In this document: in pieces, positions 60,010 to 64,000 of the stretch
Position numbering within the stretch: the stretch's first letter is position 1
Layout: every line of letters starts with the position of its first letter
Origin: an uncultured Candidatus Izemoplasmatales bacterium
GTDB taxonomy: Bacteria > Bacillota_I > Bacilli_A > Izemoplasmatales > Hujiaoplasmataceae
Direction of reading: 5' to 3'
Assembly (NCBI GenBank): GCA_964544325.1
Contig: CAZJAP010000002.1
Location: 17,335 to 81,334, forward strand
Length of the DNA: 64,000 nt
Made by a program: the position numbers and the translations under genes
Notes under the pieces: generated by a model
What the model was told of the DNA's origin: nothing
Database searches by the model: none
What the model saw: only the letters and a program-made list of their open reading frames with translations

Positions 60010-60637
60010 AATTTAGATTTGAAAAATAAGGATTTATTTGTAAAATATCCGATAACCTTCCACCCTTACCGTGGCCTGGATAAACAATAGAATTTTTAGG
60101 TAATATTTTTTTGATTTTCTTTAATGACGAATAAATTTTTCCCATATTCCCTGTTGGTAAGTCTGTTCTACCAATACTGTCAAAAAATAAAGTATCTCCA
60201 GAGAAAAAATGTTGATTATACACTAATCCAATAGAACCTTTAGTATGCCCGGGAAGATGAACTACATTAAGTTTTTCCTTAACAAAATCGATTGTATCAT
60301 TTTCCTCAATTGTGACTACTTTGATATTTTTAGATAAAATGAAATCGTCTCTAAACATTATTGAGAGATTTAAATTCGGATCATAAAGAAAATCCTTCTC
60401 ATCTTCATGAATATAAACAGGAATTTTTTCATCCATTATCATTTTTAAATCTTTGATATGATCATAATGACCGTGAGTTAGAACGACAGCAATAAGTTGC
60501 AAATCATAATTTTTTAAGTGGTTGATTATTGCTTGACCGCTGAAACCAGGATCTATGACTAATGCTTTGCCTTCTTTAGCCAAAATATAGGTATTTACAT
60601 CCATATTTTTGCTGGCATATTTCGTAATATTTATCAT
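60008..60637 (-). CDS. MBL-fold metallo-hydrolase
   Basis: THGHYDH (HxHxDH) motif; ATG 60637 overlaps the glk TGA stop (ATGA). Confidence 0.85.
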   Translation of the reverse strand: MINITKYASKNMDVNTYILAKEGKALVIDPGFSGQAIINHLKNYDLQLIAVVLTHGHYDHIKDLKMIMDEKIPVYIHEDEKDFLYDPNLNLSIMFRDDFILSKNIKVVTIEENDTIDFVKEKLNVVHLPGHTKGSIGLVYNQHFFSGDTLFFDSIGRTDLPTGNMGKIYSSLKKIKKILPKNSIVYPGHGKGGRLSDILQINPYFSNLN

Positions 60638-61560
60638 TTTACTAGATAACACGCTCCAAACATTCCAGCTTCATTTCCTAAGGTAGCTATTTCAAAATTA
60701 GTATGATCAATAAATCCACGAACCAAAGGATAATAATGCTTTTCAATTAGTTTAATTATAAAGATTCCGGCATTAGAAATGCCTCCGCCAATAATAAAGA
60801 TATCGGGATTGATTATGTATGAAACTTTTGCTAAAACTCTAGCTAAATATTCCATTGCTTTATCAATAATCTCAAAGGCCAATTCATCACCTATTTTTGC
60901 GTAATCAATGACTTTTTTCGCGCTGAAATTAGGATATTTTCTTAAAGGAGATGGTTTATCGCTTCTAACAAGATATTCTTTTGCTAATCGTACAATTCCT
61001 GTTGCGGATGCTACAGTTTCTAAACATCCTTTCTTGCCACAATTACACTGAAGTTCAAACATATTATCAATATAAGTATGCCCTACTTCTCCGGCCACAC
61101 CATTTATACCATCTACGACCCTACCATCAATGATTACTCCTCCACCGATACCGGTTCCTAAAGTAATCATAAAGGCATTTTTATAACCTCGAGCAACACC
61201 TTTGTAGATTTCTCCTGCTGCGGCTAAATTAGCATCATTAGCTACTTTGATGATAATCTCAGGATCATTGATTAGTTTTATAAATTCATCTTCTAGATTC
61301 TTTCTGGTCCAACCAAGATTAACACATTTTAAAATCACATTTTTAGTTACAGGGCCAGGAACTCCAAATCCGATAGCGCGTATTTCCGATATCGTTAATT
61401 TTTGTTTAAGTAAATTAGCAATGTCTGAAAGAATATATTCGCCGTGGTTAAGCTTATTTGTTCTTAGATTGTAAACCTCAAGAAGTAGACCATCTAAATC
61501 AAATAAGCCGATTTTAATCGACGTACCTCCTATATCTATTCCAAGATTGTACTTTCTCAT
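60634..61560 (-). CDS. glk: ROK family glucokinase
   Basis: 308 aa from ATG 61560 (MRKYNLGIDIGGTSIK); ROK zinc motif CNCGKKGCLE; RBS GAGGTGGAG. Confidence 0.85.
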   Translation of the reverse strand: MRKYNLGIDIGGTSIKIGLFDLDGLLLEVYNLRTNKLNHGEYILSDIANLLKQKLTISEIRAIGFGVPGPVTKNVILKCVNLGWTRKNLEDEFIKLINDPEIIIKVANDANLAAAGEIYKGVARGYKNAFMITLGTGIGGGVIIDGRVVDGINGVAGEVGHTYIDNMFELQCNCGKKGCLETVASATGIVRLAKEYLVRSDKPSPLRKYPNFSAKKVIDYAKIGDELAFEIIDKAMEYLARVLAKVSYIINPDIFIIGGGISNAGIFIIKLIEKHYYPLVRGFIDHTNFEIATLGNEAGMFGACYLVK

Positions 61561-61591
61561 CAATCTCCACCTCAAATAACTTACTTATAAA

Positions 61592-61613
61592 GAAAAAGTA
61601 TCCTTATGGATAC
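61592..61613 (-). terminator. weak rho-independent terminator after rpmG
   Basis: 6-bp stem gtatcc/ggatac (61598-61613), then a T-rich run on the minus strand. Confidence 0.45.
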
Positions 61614-61624
61614 AAATCTAGCGA

Positions 61625-61774
61625 TTATTTTTTTTCTTTGTGAACAGTTGTTTTACGACACGTTGGACAATATTTTTTTACTTCCATTTTATCTGGGTGT
61701 GTCTTTTTGTTTTTTGTTAGTTGGTAATTCTCTGAATTGCACTCTGTGCATTTTAAAGTAAATTGAACTCTCAT
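61625..61774 (-). CDS. rpmG: 50S ribosomal protein L33
   Basis: Not in the ORF track. Translation is [49 protein letters not shown], with CxxC...CxxC zinc ribbon; GGAGG RBS. Confidence 0.92.
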   Translation of the reverse strand: MRVQFTLKCTECNSENYQLTKNKKTHPDKMEVKKYCPTCRKTTVHKEKK

Positions 61775-61894
61775 AAACTTAATCCTCCATTCAATACTAT
61801 TCTATTCTATAATTTTAAGTCTAAAAAATCAAGTATTTTCGATATTAAATTATCCTGTGAAATCTATCAAAAAAATATCTGATTAATAATCTTT

Positions 61895-61929
61895 AAAAAA
61901 AAAGGGCGCTACATAAATTTATGTAGCGC
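61895..61929 (-). terminator. rho-independent terminator after serA
   Basis: GC-containing stem gcgctacat/atgtagcgc (61906-61929), T9 run on the minus strand. Confidence 0.85.
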
Positions 61930-61942
61930 AAATAAGGAGTTG

Positions 61943-63100
61943 TTAGATTACTCTAACTCTATTTATACCTTCTACATTCTCAAGATTGTTAACTAATCCT
62001 AAGGAAATTTCTTTGTCTATATCAAAAGCATAATAAGCGTAATCCCCTCTTACTTTTGTAATTCGAGATTTTATTAAATTATCTAAATCGCCTAAAATCT
62101 TATCGATTTCTCTTGCGATTGAAGGTTGATTTTTCGCTAAAATTATAACTCTTGTTTTTGTTTCTTTTGGTTCCAATTTAACATTTGGATAATTTACAGA
62201 ATTTACAATTTCGCCTTTTTCAATATATCCCATCAACTGTTTAGCTGCCATAATCGCACAATTATCTTCAGATTCTTCAGTTGAAGCGCCTAAGTGAGGA
62301 AAAGCAATAACATTATCCATGTTTGCGACATAGTAATCCGGAAAATCAGTAACATATTTTCTTAATATACCTTTTTCTAAAGCTATTTTTAAATCTTCAT
62401 CATTGACTAATAAATCTCGACTGAAGTTTAATAAAACTGCACCTGTTTTAATTTGGGTAAATACTTGTTGGTTAATCATATGTTTAGTTGAATCAAGAAG
62501 CGGTAAATGTAAACTGATAAAATCAACTATAGGATATGATTCTTCTAAATTATTATTTATCTCTATACCAGGATTAAGTAATGATTTGGCTTCTTCACTA
62601 ATATAAGGATCATAACCAATAACTTTCATTCCTAAAGAATCACATGCATTAGCTACTTTTCCCCCGATTGCTCCTAAGCCAACAACTAATATTGTTTTGC
62701 CGAGAATTTCATTTCCAGCAAAAGCACTTTTAGCTTTTTCTATTGATTTTAAAATATTTTCATCACTTTTATTATTTTTAACCCATTCAATACCGCCAAT
62801 TAAATCTCTGGCTGTTAATAGCATTCCGGCAATAACTAGTTCTTTAACTCCGTTGCTATTAGCGCCAGGTGTATTAAAGACTACAATTCCTAAATCTGCC
62901 ATTTTATCTAATGGTATATTATTTACTCCTGCACCAGCTCGAGCTATTGCTAATAAATTGTCATTGACAATATATTCATGCATATTAGCACTTCTAACTA
63001 ATAATAAATCAGCTTGTTCAGGATTAGCGATTACTTCATATTTATTTGTAAAAGTGTTTAACCCTAAAGGTGATATTTTATTAAGATAACTTACTTTCAT
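61943..63100 (-). CDS. serA: D-3-phosphoglycerate dehydrogenase (short form with C-terminal ACT-like domain)
   Basis: 385 aa; NAD-binding VGLGAIGGKVA, 2-hydroxyacid dehydrogenase catalytic region; 4-nt overlap with serC. Confidence 0.8.
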   Translation of the reverse strand: MKVSYLNKISPLGLNTFTNKYEVIANPEQADLLLVRSANMHEYIVNDNLLAIARAGAGVNNIPLDKMADLGIVVFNTPGANSNGVKELVIAGMLLTARDLIGGIEWVKNNKSDENILKSIEKAKSAFAGNEILGKTILVVGLGAIGGKVANACDSLGMKVIGYDPYISEEAKSLLNPGIEINNNLEESYPIVDFISLHLPLLDSTKHMINQQVFTQIKTGAVLLNFSRDLLVNDEDLKIALEKGILRKYVTDFPDYYVANMDNVIAFPHLGASTEESEDNCAIMAAKQLMGYIEKGEIVNSVNYPNVKLEPKETKTRVIILAKNQPSIAREIDKILGDLDNLIKSRITKVRGDYAYYAFDIDKEISLGLVNNLENVEGINRVRVI

Positions 63101-64000
63101 CCAAGAATCTTCCTTTCAAATTTAGTCATAAAATCGACTAATGCTTTTACACCTTCTAAAGGCATAGCATTATAGATAGAAGCTCTCATACCGCCAACAG
63201 AGCGATGACCTTTTAAGTTTACTAGGCCAGCTTCAGTAGCTTCTTTGATGAATTGTGCATTAATTTCTTCACTATCAGTAACGAAAGTTACGTTCATTAA
63301 GGAACGATCCTTCTTTTCAACAGTACCTTTAAACAACTTAGAATTATCTAAAAAATCATATAAAATCTTAGCTTTTTCTAGATTTCTAACATACATAGCT
63401 TCTACTCCACCATTAGCTAAAAGATGTTTGAAAACCAAACCGCAAATATATATACCATAAGTTGGTGGTGTGTTATATAAAGAGTCTTTATCAGCATGAA
63501 TTTTGTAACTTAGCATTGTAGGACAATACTCGACTAAATCATCTCTTAATAAATCGTCTCTAATAATAACAATTGTTGTTCCTGCAGGGCCGATATTTTT
63601 TTGAGCACCAGCAAAAATCAAAGCAAATTTAGTTACATCTACAGGTTCTGATAATATATTAGACGACATATCTGAAACTAAATCTTTACCTTTTGTATTA
63701 GGAAGTTCAGTTATTCTTGTTCCTCTGATGGTATTATTTTGACAGATGTAAACATAGTCACTGTTAGGATCAATATTAAGATCAGATAAATCAGGTACAT
63801 ATGTAAATTCTTTATCTTCAGAACTAGCAACTTTATTTACTTTAACATATTTAGCGGCTTCTTTAATGGCTTTTTTAGTCCATTCACCAGTATGGATATA
63901 GTCAGCTACTTTGTTCTTCATTAAATTGAGTGGAACCATTGAAAATTGTAAATGTCCACCACCTTGTAAAAATAGCACTTTATAATTATCAGGTATATTC
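63097..64000 (-). CDS. serC: phosphoserine aminotransferase, N-terminus beyond the window end
   Basis: Frame stays open to the window edge (...NIPDNYKVLFLQGGGHLQF...); PLP-Lys region GAQKNIGPAGTTIVIIR. The track's start is an internal GTG. Confidence 0.88.
   Translation of the reverse strand, partial: NIPDNYKVLFLQGGGHLQFSMVPLNLMKNKVADYIHTGEWTKKAIKEAAKYVKVNKVASSEDKEFTYVPDLSDLNIDPNSDYVYICQNNTIRGTRITELPNTKGKDLVSDMSSNILSEPVDVTKFALIFAGAQKNIGPAGTTIVIIRDDLLRDDLVEYCPTMLSYKIHADKDSLYNTPPTYGIYICGLVFKHLLANGGVEAMYVRNLEKAKILYDFLDNSKLFKGTVEKKDRSLMNVTFVTDSEEINAQFIKEATEAGLVNLKGHRSVGGMRASIYNAMPLEGVKALVDFMTKFERKILG

Noticed and set aside
62697-63089. 130-aa plus-strand ORF, with similar antisense ORFs at 3301-3582, 8102-8428, 9418-9696, 38237-38518, 55525-55797, 61247-61474 and elsewhere in the track.
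   Set aside because: All lie wholly inside strongly supported minus-strand genes (serA, lon, mutS2, sigA, dnaJ, glk and others). Their translations are low-complexity and rich in S, L, I, F and K, and they have no RBS. They are typical shadow ORFs of an AT-rich genome.

Overview
This is a strongly AT-rich chromosomal segment of low-GC Gram-positive / Mollicutes type (possibly Acholeplasma-like or Erysipelotrichia-like; I cannot assign a species). It uses the standard genetic code: TGA is a stop in several ATGA stop/start overlaps. I support 63 protein genes, 59 of them on the minus strand, packed tightly with many overlaps. No tRNA, rRNA, CRISPR array, transposase or integrase was seen. Most of the window is the conserved Firmicutes housekeeping backbone. 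In minus-strand transcription order it runs serC-serA, rpmG, glk, hrcA-grpE-dnaK-dnaJ, rsmE-mtaB, rpsU, phoH-ybeY-cdd-era-recO-glyQS-dnaG-sigA-trmK-yqfO, degV-marR, parE-parC, recJ-apt-relA-dtd, hisS, msrA, comEB, lspA-rluD, mutS2, truB-ribF, tig and lon. Two small conserved genes are missing from the ORF track and were found by eye: a 56-aa 2x[4Fe-4S] ferredoxin and ribosomal protein L33. The main candidate system is a self-contained operon at 49.4-55.0 kb, wedged between dnaJ and rsmE. It has its own near-consensus promoter and its own terminator. It encodes a PadR regulator, a 472-aa JetA/MksF-like protein, a 201-aa JetB/MksE (DUF4194)-like protein and a 1079-aa JetC/MksB-like SMC ATPase. 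That is a Wadjet/MksBEF-type module with no JetD/MksG Toprim nuclease gene anywhere in the window. A second accessory insertion sits between parC and recJ: a GLUG-repeat lipoprotein plus a Fic-like wHTH protein with a degenerate active-site motif. All family assignments come from motifs read by eye, gene sizes and synteny; no searches were run.
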